A stretch of DNA of 64,000 nt from Psilocybe cubensis (taxonomy: Eukaryota): contig CM039001.1 in the NCBI GenBank assembly GCA_017499595.2, positions 1,054,001-1,118,000 on the forward strand, written 5' to 3'. The notes under the pieces were generated by a model. The model was not told where the DNA came from. It saw nothing but the letters and a program-made list of their open reading frames with translations, and searched no databases. Positions 23,953 to 41,923 of the stretch are shown here, piece by piece (the stretch's first letter is position 1; each line of letters opens with the position of its first letter). Both the position numbers and the translations under genes were made by a program.

Positions 23953-26830
23953 CTACTTATTCTTTTTGCTCTCCATCTCCTCGCCGTCAACAGCGGCAAC
24001 ATCTGCAGCTAGAACCTGTCCGTATTCGTTTACTCGATTCGGGTCAATACGATATATCCAACGCTGTGTGTGATCTGTCAGCGGCTGTTGCCATCTAGTG
24101 GATAAACACACCAGTATCTCACCTGATACAGGAAGATGAGAAACACAACATCGTCACTATTTCCACGCAGCACAGTACCGGGACCTGTTAGTCGCACAAT
24201 CATCTATACACCGGAGAGAATGCCGTACCGGAAACAGGCCAAACGATGCAGGAATGGCATCTTGATGCAAAACCTGAGGAAAGGATCACATGAATGGTAG
24301 GTTCCCCACCAAATGATATGAATCTTACGCAAAGAAGTCGTCAACAACTGTTGATAACGTTTTGTAAACCATTGCCTTCATAGGCATGTGCGCCACACTC
24401 TGAAATAAAAATAGCAAATAATGAATATTATGGGGAATCTGACATGAGAAGAGTCACCAACCTTGAGTTTATAGTTAATGATTAATTGGGGGATCAACTG
24501 GGCCTGGGTTCAGAAACATAAATAAGAGCCGTTTTGCCATCTCGAAGAGTAACTTACGAAGCCAAACATATACACAAATGAGGTCAGAGTCGATATTACG
24601 AAACTGTACCATCCCCTGTGAGACTCGTACACAAGTGAATAGACAGTGTATCCCGCAAGCAGGGGTATCGCCACGTAGGACACATAGCGGAACGCCAATC
24701 GGTCATACCTGTCAAATGAAATGTCGGTTAATAATCCCACGGATAAGCCACAAGCCATCCACAAGACTTACTCCTGTGTTTTCTTTTCGTCCTCGCTCAG
24801 AACGTGCTTGTCTGTAAAACAGTGGTAGTTAATATGCCGACCGGGCAGCCGCTCTATTAGAGTCACATATACCTGTGATTTCCAATTTATAGGGCAGAAG
24901 GGACCCTGCTGTGCTGGGAATAACTTTGATATCCACGGCTTTCGTGATCTATACTCTCGATGAGAATCCCTCGGTGAAGTAGAGCATCGCCGGAACACAA
25001 ACCTTCCATGCCTCTATTATGACACCCATTCCGGAGCCCATGAGAATCATCCAGCTCGTATTCTCATTGTTGTCAATGAGATATAATAGTATGACGAGTT
25101 GCACGAATACATTGGTGACAATCTGTACGAGGCTTAATAAAGCGCATATTATAAAGTATGACGGAGGGACTTACGGTTCTGGTTTAAAAAGGAACACATC
25201 GGGATGTTTGCTTCGAAGAAGAGAAGCCAAAAATACTCACCGTACAGAGACACCGACCATTTCTTTCTTTGCGCGCCAATGAGTAACGTCCGACTTGAAA
25301 GCCAGCATTTCAAACCTGCGAAATGCATTGTAGTCAAAGATGGAGCCAAAAAACTTTAACAATGGGCAGGCTTACACGACATGCAAAAGGCTGACGAGAC
25401 CGGTTAATGCCAAGAACCATGGGTTTGTCTCCAAAAGCATCCTCTTGACCTCATCGAGTTCGGCACCAGAAGCCTGGCCTTGTTGTTTGGCCGCTTCATT
25501 AAACCCATGCGTCATAGAGGCAAATATCTGGAACTTCATGTATGACATAGGTTGGTATGTAATTCGGACTGGAAGCGATGGTGTGGTTTCATTTATTTGA
25601 ACGTAGTGGGATCGAAGATGCCAAAATTCATTTGGGAATATAATGGGCCTGTAGAAAGCCTTTGTTCCGGTGGAGTCCCTCTTGTCAGGAATCAGGTGGA
25701 TATCTGTATGGGGAATGTCAAGGAAGAAGGCTAAAGCAGATACATGACACAACTGACGTTCCGCAACAGGAGGAGGAAGTTTTCCGAATGGAACTTCAGC
25801 TGCATCTGATATTAGTGCTAAAGTAATATTCTAGAAGTACAATTAGGAAGACATAAAAGTAGATCGTGCTCGACTTACTTGGTGCCAGTGGGGAGCAATC
25901 ACATCAGGCTAAAGTGACAGGTCACTGGTAAAGGACACTACAAAAAGGACAGAAAACACACCTCTTCTACTTCTACCTCAATGTTATCATCAGAACTCAA
26001 CAAGTTCTTTTCTTTGCGGACTTTCTGCCGAGGTAGATAGGGCGTCAATACTAAATGAAGATGGTCAAACAGTTGTAAATATAATAAAGTCAGTGACGTA
26101 CGCTTTCGAACATGGTGCACGCGTTCAGGGTCAAACTTTGGACTCCGTGGGTCTATACTCGCGCCATCTCTGGTCAGAACAATGTCCGCCCACAATGAGC
26201 CATTCCTCAAAACCGACTACACAACCTCTCAAAGTCTGCCAATCCAGACCAATAACAACACGACATACCTCGGGAAATTTGACATCGAAATCAATTACTC
26301 GATGATCATTATAGTCTCCATAGGTGATATTATTCCATACAAAATGAGGTAGGTTGTGGTCTTTGTCTGTTCGGTGTTCTGAGGTCCATTTCGAGAATAC
26401 GTCGGGCGTAGATGAAGTCGAAAAATATACGTGCATATCGAGGCTTAAACCAAGAGGCCAATATGGAGTTATAGTAGTAGGTGGAAGCGACGATGGATCA
26501 ACAGGAGTAGTCGGTGGGATATGTTGCCCATTCGAATCCACAACAGTAGGTGCAGTCGGAGGTGTATTCGCAGGATTACTCGAAAGGAATTTGGTAGCTG
26601 AGAAAAAGGCCTCACATCAGCTCTCAGACCAATGTAGGCTGGATGGGTGTCAATATACCCAATTGTGTGATACCCCAAATCAAAAGTACTTGCTGATGGC
26701 GACATGGCATTCGTTAGTTATCATCCTGATACTCCTGGTTGGATGGACTTGCCTGGCCAATCCTGATAATTGTCTGGAAGCCAGTCTCTTCACGCTCATC
26801 CTGAGCCGTCCGGGGGGCAGGTTCAGGCAT
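23953..26830 (-). CDS. Cleft lip and palate transmembrane protein 1 (CLPTM1) family protein, multi-exon
   Basis: NGSLWADIVL, PIIFPNEFWHLR, ELDEVKRMLLETNPWFLALT, FEMLAFKSDVTHW, YSLVYESHRGWYSF, PQLIINYKLKSVAHMP, YRIDPNRVNEYGQ. Confidence 0.92.
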
Positions 26831-27220
26831 AGTATAAAGAGATAGATGTGTAGATGAACACACAGTCAGGGTTACTGGACACGAGTGGTCAGTGGACACG
26901 AAGGCGCGAAATAATGATTTTCGGTGGCAATACATGTGCAAACTAACCGGCCCGTACTTAAATAATTCTGGTTAATCATTCATGAACACTATACCAAGCT
27001 TCACTGAGTCTGAACTTTCAACCAACGACGAAAGGTATAAAGTTCATTCCCAAAGTTTGTTACAAAAAAGCAGAGAAATTATGAAGGTATAAATAAGCTA
27101 AAGTAGAGTTACTCTGGGGGTCAAATTGGTGGTGTTTCAATAATGAGATATCAGGGTAGACTACTGAGTTGCAATTCGTAAAGCCTCAAAATTAATAGGC
27201 ATGCGCTGCGTGTGCGTAGG

Positions 27221-27938
27221 TTATATGCCATAATTTCCGCTGAACTTGAATGTTCCATCGGTTGGTTTCCAGTGGATATTGACGTCGGACGTTAATCTGA
27301 GCATGTCATACCTAAACACAATTTATGTAAGTAAGTATGTTATGCACAATAAAAATATTGAGCTGTATAACAGTACCGAACAGAAACGTTTAAATTCCCA
27401 ATGAGGACTTCGAATTTATCTTTGTCCATCTTCGATGTCTTGAAGGTTGGTGGTCCATCAAGCCCCAAAAGCTTACCCATAACCTCAGGATCGTTGCATA
27501 CCCCGTCGTACACCCATTTCGCAGAGCCTTTTTTGCAAGAAGGTTTCCACTACAAAATACGAAGGAGAAAGGTCAACATTGAACAAAGCTGTCAGTGTCC
27601 AATTCAAAAGCTTGGTTCACCGTCATTTGTTTACGAATTCCGCTCTTCGCAGCATTTGCTAATTTTTCTGCAGCTGCCACCAACTCGGCCGGTGATTTCG
27701 CCTTCGGTTTGTATCCGTCTATCTCATTCTCTAGGCTGCGCGCGTATTGTGCGAGTTCTAAAATCAATTCACGCGCAGCCTCAGGGGTACTCGGAAACTT
27801 GTAATTTGACGCGTCCGAGAGGATGTTTGTGACCGTCTCTGAATGGGCAGCTTCTGCCAATCTCGCTTTCTTTGCAGCTGCCAAAGTGATTGTATCAGAC
27901 TTGCGCTTTCTGGTCGCTGTATTTGTGGTGGTGGTCAT
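27221..27938 (-). CDS. Small basic hypothetical protein (~200 aa, 3 exons)
   Basis: MTTTTNTATRKRKSD...GIRKQMT|WKPSCKKGSAKWVYDGVCNDP...SVR|YDMLRLTSDVNIHWKPTDGTFKFSGNYGI*; canonical introns restore a continuous frame. Confidence 0.75.
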
Positions 27939-29536
27939 TTGGTGAGCAGATTTTGATAGCCGAAGAAAGAACAAAGGAGCCTAGTAGTAGTACTACATAC
28001 TTACCTAGGACTTGGTGCGGTAATAACATATTCAATTTTTCAGCCATATCTTACACAAGTTTACGGCCCAGTGTAAACCACACCGCTGCGACCGAGCAGA
28101 AAGTCGGTTGGCAGCCTAACTCTGACCTGAGATACAGTAATTTTTTCAAGGGCCGCTGAGCAGGCGTTGAGGTATAAATAGTAGATTTGCTCCTAATTTG
28201 AACTTCATCAAATCGCGCTGTCGCGTCCTTAATTAGCGTCGCCCGACATTACCAGTTGTGGAGATGACAATTATTTGGGGACCTTTCATTGCACAACGGA
28301 CTGAGCAGAGATTAGTAGTCTTACTGCAGATCGACTACGACCGGTTTTGTGTGCAATATATTCGAAATATCATATAAATTTTGTTTCAGCAATTATTTTT
28401 ATCTCAAGTCTCGTTTGTCCCAGCCCATTAAAATTTAAAATAGTTTATAGACTCGCGCTTAGTTTGCACGGAGGAGAGGCAAATATAAGAAGGTTTTTAA
28501 TTCCATGTGTTCAAGACATTTCCCAAATGGGACACTTACTTAACACTTTAGAAGCAGCCCTTCGCATATATATAAATTGGTGGTACTTTCATCCACAGCT
28601 AAACAGACATGGAACTCGCAACAGTCCATGATATAGTGGCCACCATACCGATAAGCAACCTGTAACGCCAGTGTACCCTACTGATATACTTATTTGTATT
28701 GTAAGTATATGAGCATGGAACTAATTATCTGAGTTGTGGTGTAGCATGGTATTCCGCATATCTCAAATTGTCGAGTTGAAAAATGAATTTGACAGCTTTC
28801 GGGATAAATTCTGTTTCATGAGTGTCATCTATCCTACACGACAGAATCTGAAACGATGGTGATCTCAAATCACTAGAACAAAATCATCATCCTCAGTCAA
28901 GAATCCCAATTGACCGAGTGTCACAATGCATCCGTGCGCCAGAGGCAGGATGTACCCGGCAATAGCCCAAAAACGTTTTAATGGTATATGGTTGGTATAT
29001 ATGGTTTACATTGACGGAGCCCGGATGACACACCGATGGTGCTGGGCAGGATGCACACCATCTGGCGGCCATGGTCCATGGATCAGGAGCCAATGAGTCC
29101 ATCAAAAGTTGTATGCCCGGCCCAACGGCTCGTTAATTCTCACCTTTCTGGATCAGGGATCTGGGGCACAGCACTCCCAGGACAAGTTGTGAAGGGTCCT
29201 GTGTTATTTATGTCTTTTGGCTTGCCGGATAGATCGGTGGCAAATAGAGGATTAGATTGATGCGCTACGTGGCAGTTGACAAAGACAAGTGGATCGCTCA
29301 ATGTCGCTCAATGTGGAAGAGCAGAATGCACGCAGCTGGCCAGGTATGGCAGAAGGCCACAAGATATTTTGAATAGAGAAATTGGGGATTGTAAGCGAGG
29401 AATGTAAGCGCTCAGGCGGGCGCTTCAAGTAATTCATTGGTGGCCTTGTCTTTGCTGTGTTGAGAACGCAACGGCCAGCGGTGACGTCGTCAAGATAACC
29501 CCCGCAGATTCGTGATGGAAGGTTCCATGGAAGGAT

Positions 29537-29594
29537 CACGTGGAATGTGAACCCTTTGCCCTATGGTGTGGAGGTCACGTGCTTATGGATATAA
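29537..29594 (+). promoter_or_regulatory. Candidate 14-3-3 promoter: two CACGTG E-boxes and a TATAA-like element
   Basis: CACGTG at 29537-29542 and 29576-29581, TATAA near 29590, directly upstream of a CT-rich leader. Motif match only. Confidence 0.3.
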
Positions 29595-29802
29595 CCCTCT
29601 GCCCAAGCTGCTTTATTTCCGCTTGCCTTTTTGTTGCGTTTTTCTGCCCACATCACCCTCCACTTATCATCCAACACCCGTGAGTACTCTCTCCCCGCCA
29701 CCTACGTCGAGCTCATCGTCCCTCTTCTCCAGCACCACATCCATCAAATGTACGTGTCAGACGCGTAGATACGCGTGTTACCCCGTATTCATTCCTTTCT
29801 AG

Positions 29803-30739
29803 ATGCCTGAATCCCGTGAAGATTCTGTTTACCTCGCTAAGCTCGCTGAGCAGGCCGAGCGATATGAGGGTTCGTTTTCTCGCCTTTCCGCTGTCTCGCT
29901 TATTCTCATCGTGTTTCCAGAGATGGTCGAGAACATGAAGCGCGTCGCGTCTTCTGACCAGGAGCTGACTGTTGAAGAGCGAAATCTCCTCTCCGTCGCC
30001 TACAAAAACGTTATTGGCGCTCGCCGTGCCTCCTGGAGGATTGTCTCCTCTATTGAGCAGAAGGAGGAGTCCAAAGGCAATGAGGCTCAGGTTTCCATGA
30101 TCAAGGGCTACAGAGAGAAGATTGAGAGTGAATTGGCTAAGATCTGCGAGGATATCCTCGATGTTCTTGATAAGCACCTCATCCCTTCAGCTGCCTCGGG
30201 AGAGTCCAAAGTCTTCTATCACAAGATGTAAGTGTTCATCGCCGCCATCGCGATCAGCCCCTAACATTCTTTTTTTCCTCTTAGGATGGGTGACTACCAC
30301 CGTTATCTTGCCGAGTTCGCAACAGGCGATAAGCGTAAGGATAGCGCTGACAAGTCCCTGGAGGCTTACAAGGCCGCTTCTGACGTTGCTGTCACTGAAC
30401 TCCCTCCCACTCACCCCATCCGCCTCGGTCTTGCGCTGAACTTCTCTGTATTTTACTACGAAATTCTCAACAGCCCCGATCGTGCTTGCCATCTTGCCAA
30501 ACAGGCCTTCGACGACGCTATTGCTGAGCTCGATACCCTATCAGAAGAAAGCTACAAGGATTCAACTTTGATTATGCAGCTTCTCCGTGACAACTTGACA
30601 CTATGGACTTCCGATATGCAAGATTCAGGTAATTTGTTTAAAAATATTGTGGCCCCTTTCATGCAATTGACGATTCTTCTTTCACCCAGCTGACAAGGCT
30701 GATGACAAGGATGGTGCTGAAGGCGGTGCTGACGAGTAA
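29803..30739 (+). CDS. BMH1: 14-3-3 protein (Bmh/Rad24 family), 4 coding exons
   Basis: [70 protein letters not shown]; stop TAA 30737-30739. Confidence 0.97.
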
Positions 30740-31361
30740 TTTTCTTCTTCTGGGTTTCCTGTTGAACTCTCGATACATGCCCCCCTCCATGCCACCATGT
30801 GCGCCTATATGCGCCTATATCCGACTCCACGCCATGATCTTCTTCATCCTTACGACCTTTCTTGCGCATGCGACTTGTCGAGATGTCATTCGCTTTTTCA
30901 CTTCTTTTATCGTACCCCATCATTGCATGAATATCAAACAACCATTGTCAACAATATATAATGAGATCATTTCATTTCTAATTTGAAACATGGTGTGTTC
31001 TCACTGAAGTCGAAAAGGATTAAGTAGGTAGGAGTTGAGAATCCTAACAGCAGGAACAGGCAAACAAGATTTCTAACATTAAGCTTCGCAGGATAGTCTT
31101 AAGTACATAGATACGAGGACAGCAGATAACAAGGCATACTAAAGAGTAGAAAGTGAACAGCAATAATCAAACATAAAGGAACGTTATAAACTAATAGCAA
31201 AGAGGGATAAAAGGAACAATCGTTTCTGTGAAGATTGAATTGAATTACCCAAAAAAAAGAGGAACCATAAGCGCATAAACCATAGGTACATAAAAGTTAC
31301 AGTGCTCAACAAAGGAAAAGCTTTCCCGAAACGAGAGGGGCTGATATCAGCTGTTTCGCGG

Positions 31362-37522
<6,161 letters not shown>

Positions 37523-38821
37523 ATTTATGCCAAAGACACGGGATTTTGAAGAGAGTTTGACCTCGCCTTCCAGGCTTTCTGGGAGTAACAGTGTAGGAGA
37601 GTAAGTGGTCGGAGTTCAAATTGAAGAGGTTATGTTAGTCGGCGGTGGTTCTCCGTGGGAAATTTCCACAGATGGAAATGCCTGTGGCACCTTTGTCTTC
37701 AACGCATTTAAGCAGGGCTCGTTGGCCACAGCTACATCGACAAAAGCAATAAACACCCTGTTCACACTATGGCAGCATGTTCATACTCTGACCGCTTTTA
37801 TATAGTAATGAATCCACTAGTGAGACCTTACTGCACAACACGCCTGACCATCATTGGTTTCGAATTTAGCTCTAAGAATCCAATTTGGGGTTGGTGATCA
37901 TTTCGGTTGAAACGGTGGCTAGGAGACTCACTTCCTCGACGACTTCCCTGCATTTAGGTTGACTTTGATACTATGTTGTGCTCACAGTATATTCTTATTT
38001 TTGTGGCCACAATCCAGTTATTCCAACTGTGGTCTCCAAGACTGAGACCGAGAGCCGAATGGCTCAAAGTGGACAAACTTTATTTAATTCCGAAACAACC
38101 AAGTTCATCTGAAAATTGTATTGTTCTATCACTGGAAGGTAGAGGTGTTTCATCCCGTAATATGGCCTCGAGGTTTACTTCATTCTTCAAGGTTGCAGGT
38201 GCGCACACAGAAGTTGTGTAGTCAGACTGCCTGCAGGGGTTAACTTATATATTTATTGTATCCGCGAGTACATCTTTACCCAATCACAGATCATCTTGAT
38301 CCGAGCATCATTCAAGAAATCATTCCCGCCTGGCTTCTTCAAATCCTATAACTATCGACTTTAAAACAACAGTACTACCACTAACTGAGCTTTGGTCAGT
38401 CGCTCAGCATTCCAGTTAAACATTTGGGTGTAAACCCTCTATTAACTATAGTATTGGATGTCTGGAGGTCAACCAATTACTAAATATAAACTCGCTTACC
38501 CACACGAACGATCTTCAATTGTCGGCTATTTTAAATTGCTTTTGTTCGTGGTTCCTGTAAAAAGAGATTGCAAACCTTTGTATATATGGTAAGAGGAACA
38601 GGGTATGAGAACATGTACTAGTCAAGCGCTCACTCTAGGTCAATCAACTGAGAAATAGCTAGGAAGCCAATATTTTTGGGCATTGTACGGCATTACGAAG
38701 AAAGCTATAGCTATAAATATATTTCATTCTGGATCGAATTACCCCTGGGCGTCTGGTAAGCTGCCAGGTGTCGGAATTCGAATCTACATTGAGCGCTTGT
38801 ATCGACTGAATACTGGGGTAT

Positions 38822-41596
38822 TTAACAAATAAACAATAGGTTGGTATCCTGTTCAAAATTTTATTACTTAGCCAAAATCAAGAAATCCAGGTATCAATAG
38901 ATATACCATGGGGTGAGAACTTGAAAGCTGTTCAAAAGCAACGTCAGTAATTTGACAAAAAAATGGAGTCAAAGTTGTCCATACCTGAGGTTTTTGACTA
39001 TATTTCGCTTTCAAAATTTCACGGATACTGTTAAGTAGTTGTTGGTAGCTCTGTTGCTGATTGGCACCTGGATAGATAGTCAAGCGGTATCCAAACAGAC
39101 CAAAAAGTAAGTCCTACTAAGAGCGCATACGAAAGCCTGTAAATTCAGCATTGAGAAACACATATGAAGGTATTATATTTTACATGGCTCACGTAGCTCA
39201 TTGCGCCAGTGGCGGACCCTGCTTCATTGGCATCCGCACTTGTTTGAGAATCTTTACACCCACTCCAAGAGATCTGATTTACGCGTTGGAATTGGGTCTT
39301 AATAAATAAAAGGACCGACAGTGACTGGCACTTACCACATCCGCTGGGCTGGTCCTTGTTGCTTTGGTAATCTTGTCTGCTTTTTGTGTGTTTCCTGTGG
39401 CAGTCTTAACAAGTCCCATAGCAGATTTGAAAACACCGCCCATATCTCCTTTCGCATAAGATGACACAGCTGAGAGAAGACCTTGACCGGCCTCTGCCGC
39501 AAGATTGGGTTCTTTGACCTTGCCTTCAGTTGAATACTATATAGAGTTAAAAAAAGATGTCTATGAAAATCGTGCAACTCGTTATACTGACGATGTATGG
39601 TAGATCTGAGAAGTTGACAAATGAGCTTAGTTGTTATGTGGAAGTTCATACAAAAACGCACCCAACGCAGAACCCGAATGGCATGACTGTTTAAAATGTA
39701 AACTTTACTGAATTTCTGAGCACATCATGACTCACATCAAATATGGCGGTCAAACGGCAACCTGCAGGCAAAGGTTTCACCATTATTTCGTGCATAAGCT
39801 TGGGGAAAGATCAGTGATACTACTGGCGCTGAGAGGGCGACAAAAATGTACATCATCAACGATATGACCCTTGGCCTCATAGTCCACCTGTCGAAAAACA
39901 TCAAAAAAGTGTTGCATGTATACAGCGGATGTACATTTACGCACAGGATAAATGACTAAAAAGGGGGTAATCAGCTGATTGGGCAGAATATATGTACAAA
40001 TATGTTCACCTTCATCATACCCGTCACCTTCGTCCCCATCAGTATCCTTCGTCTGACCACCGTGCCCAGAATCTGGCGACGAGATAAATGGTTGAAGGCT
40101 ATTAATTTGAAGATAACTCACAATGGAAGAATAATGAGTCATTTGGAGAGGCACCCTGCACAAGCCATTGCATGGCACGAAGCTGCAAATAGATTAGGGT
40201 ACAGTGACGCTGGGCTGGAAATCACGACTAACAATGTTATCTCGTGTTGGCTGGTTAGTAGGATTGTCAGAATCATCGGTCAAGGTCACGATGTCCTCTC
40301 TTCTGTATCCGTATTTGTCTGTTGATCTTTAAAAAAAGAGAAATAAAAGAGAGTCTTCCCAATACAACTCACCAATGATGAACCTTTGGATATTATGGAC
40401 ATCATTGATACATCCTCTTAGTTCTCCGGCTTGCCCGAAGTAATTTATACCAATCTAAATAATTGTTAAATCAGACTATGAGGCAACGAGGCATGTAGGA
40501 CCCATACACAAAGCGCTTTCTTCTTTCCAGTGCATTGGGAGTATTGGAAAGAAGGCTGCATGGCTCGATGATTGGCGCCTTCAAATTGCGGTCCATAGGT
40601 CTGGATTTGAGTAGGGGGGCGTGGAGGAGGTGGTCCTGCTGCAAACCAATGATAACGATGAGCACTTATCTATTACAAATAGACTCGCAGATATGCATAC
40701 GAGGAGGGCGATAGCCACCTGCACCCCTGATTGAGAATTAGTTAAGGTCTCTATATTGCCGTAAGTAAATCTCACGGAAATCCTCCTTGTTGTTGATGTT
40801 GTTGATGATATTGTTGTCCGGGGAACCCTCTGTTGCCCGTAGGAGGTGGGCCAGGAGGTGCAGAATAGCTATTCGATGGGGGTGGGCCAGGAGGTGCACC
40901 ATAGCTTATTTGTGTGTAGATAAATACTTGAATACTGAATTGCACATAGGTTCTTACCTCGACGGAGGAGGTCCTGGGGGTGGATTGTAACTGGGGCATG
41001 GTGAGACTTTGTTAGCATGATTGAAGAAGAACGTACCCAGAAGGGGGAGCCGCCGAAGGGAATCCATATCTTCATCAATGTTTCAATTAGATGGTCAAGC
41101 ATAAGCGTACGATAACGCACCCTGAAGGAGGACCAGGGGGTGCCCCGTAGCTAACAAACGCCGTCTGCATTAGACCCTGTCAAGGAACTGCGTTCAACAC
41201 AACTCACCCAGATGCAGGTGCACCATATCTGTGAAAGCATTGGCGATATGAGCGAAAACTTTACCAGTTACCATAATATGACGCAATAAACATACCCAGA
41301 CAATGGGGGACCTGGAGGTGGCGCATACGATGGAGAGTATCCAGGGCTGTATCCTGGTTGAGGGTGTGGAATGCCGGGTTGAGGATTAGGAATGCCATAA
41401 CTATCCCTGGAGAAAGAACAATTCAATGCATGCGGGAAAGGGCTGGTATTTATTCTTACGGTCCGCCAGGGAAGCTGGGGAAGCTAGTGAAAGTGGTCAA
41501 CACAATTGGCGATTATCAACGCAAACGATAACCTTACCCTGGGGCGGGGGCCTCACTAGGGAAGCTGTGGGTATGACTGTGATGATCGTTCCACAT
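38822..41596 (-). CDS. MCA1: Type I metacaspase with Pro/Gln-rich prodomain; many short exons
   Basis: QYSQCTGKKKALC, LRGCINDV, YSGHGGQ (catalytic His), FD|SCHSGSALDLPY (catalytic Cys), SGCKDSQTSAD, YSQKPQLSSSHPM. The start position is less certain. Confidence 0.9.
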
Positions 41597-41923
41597 CGAA
41601 GTGCTTGACTTCACAATATATAAATCCTGGTGGTAGAAGAGGTTGAAGTTAATTTCAAGTCCGAGTCGCTCTTTATATAATCGGAGCACAATAATGATTA
41701 TCCGACAGAGCGTTAACACTGCCACTGAGCGATGCACAGCCGCAACTAAGCCACAATGAAACCCTTGACTCTTCTCTACTCTTCTGCTATCTAAACCCAG
41801 GACATCATCTTATAAATCAATTTCGGCGCTGTTCTTGACAACGGTTTGACATATCGTTAACGAGCGGGTATATACTGCTACTAACTAGTTACATAATTTA
41901 TCTGCTTTCCGAACTGATTCTAA

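Noticed and set aside
28150-29480. Short Cys/Trp-containing ORFs upstream of 14-3-3
   Set aside because: No coherent exon chain, and no pheromone CAAX or RiPP-like precursor pattern; treated as intergenic.
39131-39136. Apparent 6-nt micro-exon (GCTTTC) in the metacaspase
   Set aside because: The frame is better explained by a 19-nt exon (AFVCAL-S) using the next GTAGGA donor.
40840-40910. Direct repeat GGTGGGCCAGGAGGTGCA
   Set aside because: Encodes the APPGPPP repeats of the metacaspase prodomain; not a CRISPR or mobile-element repeat.
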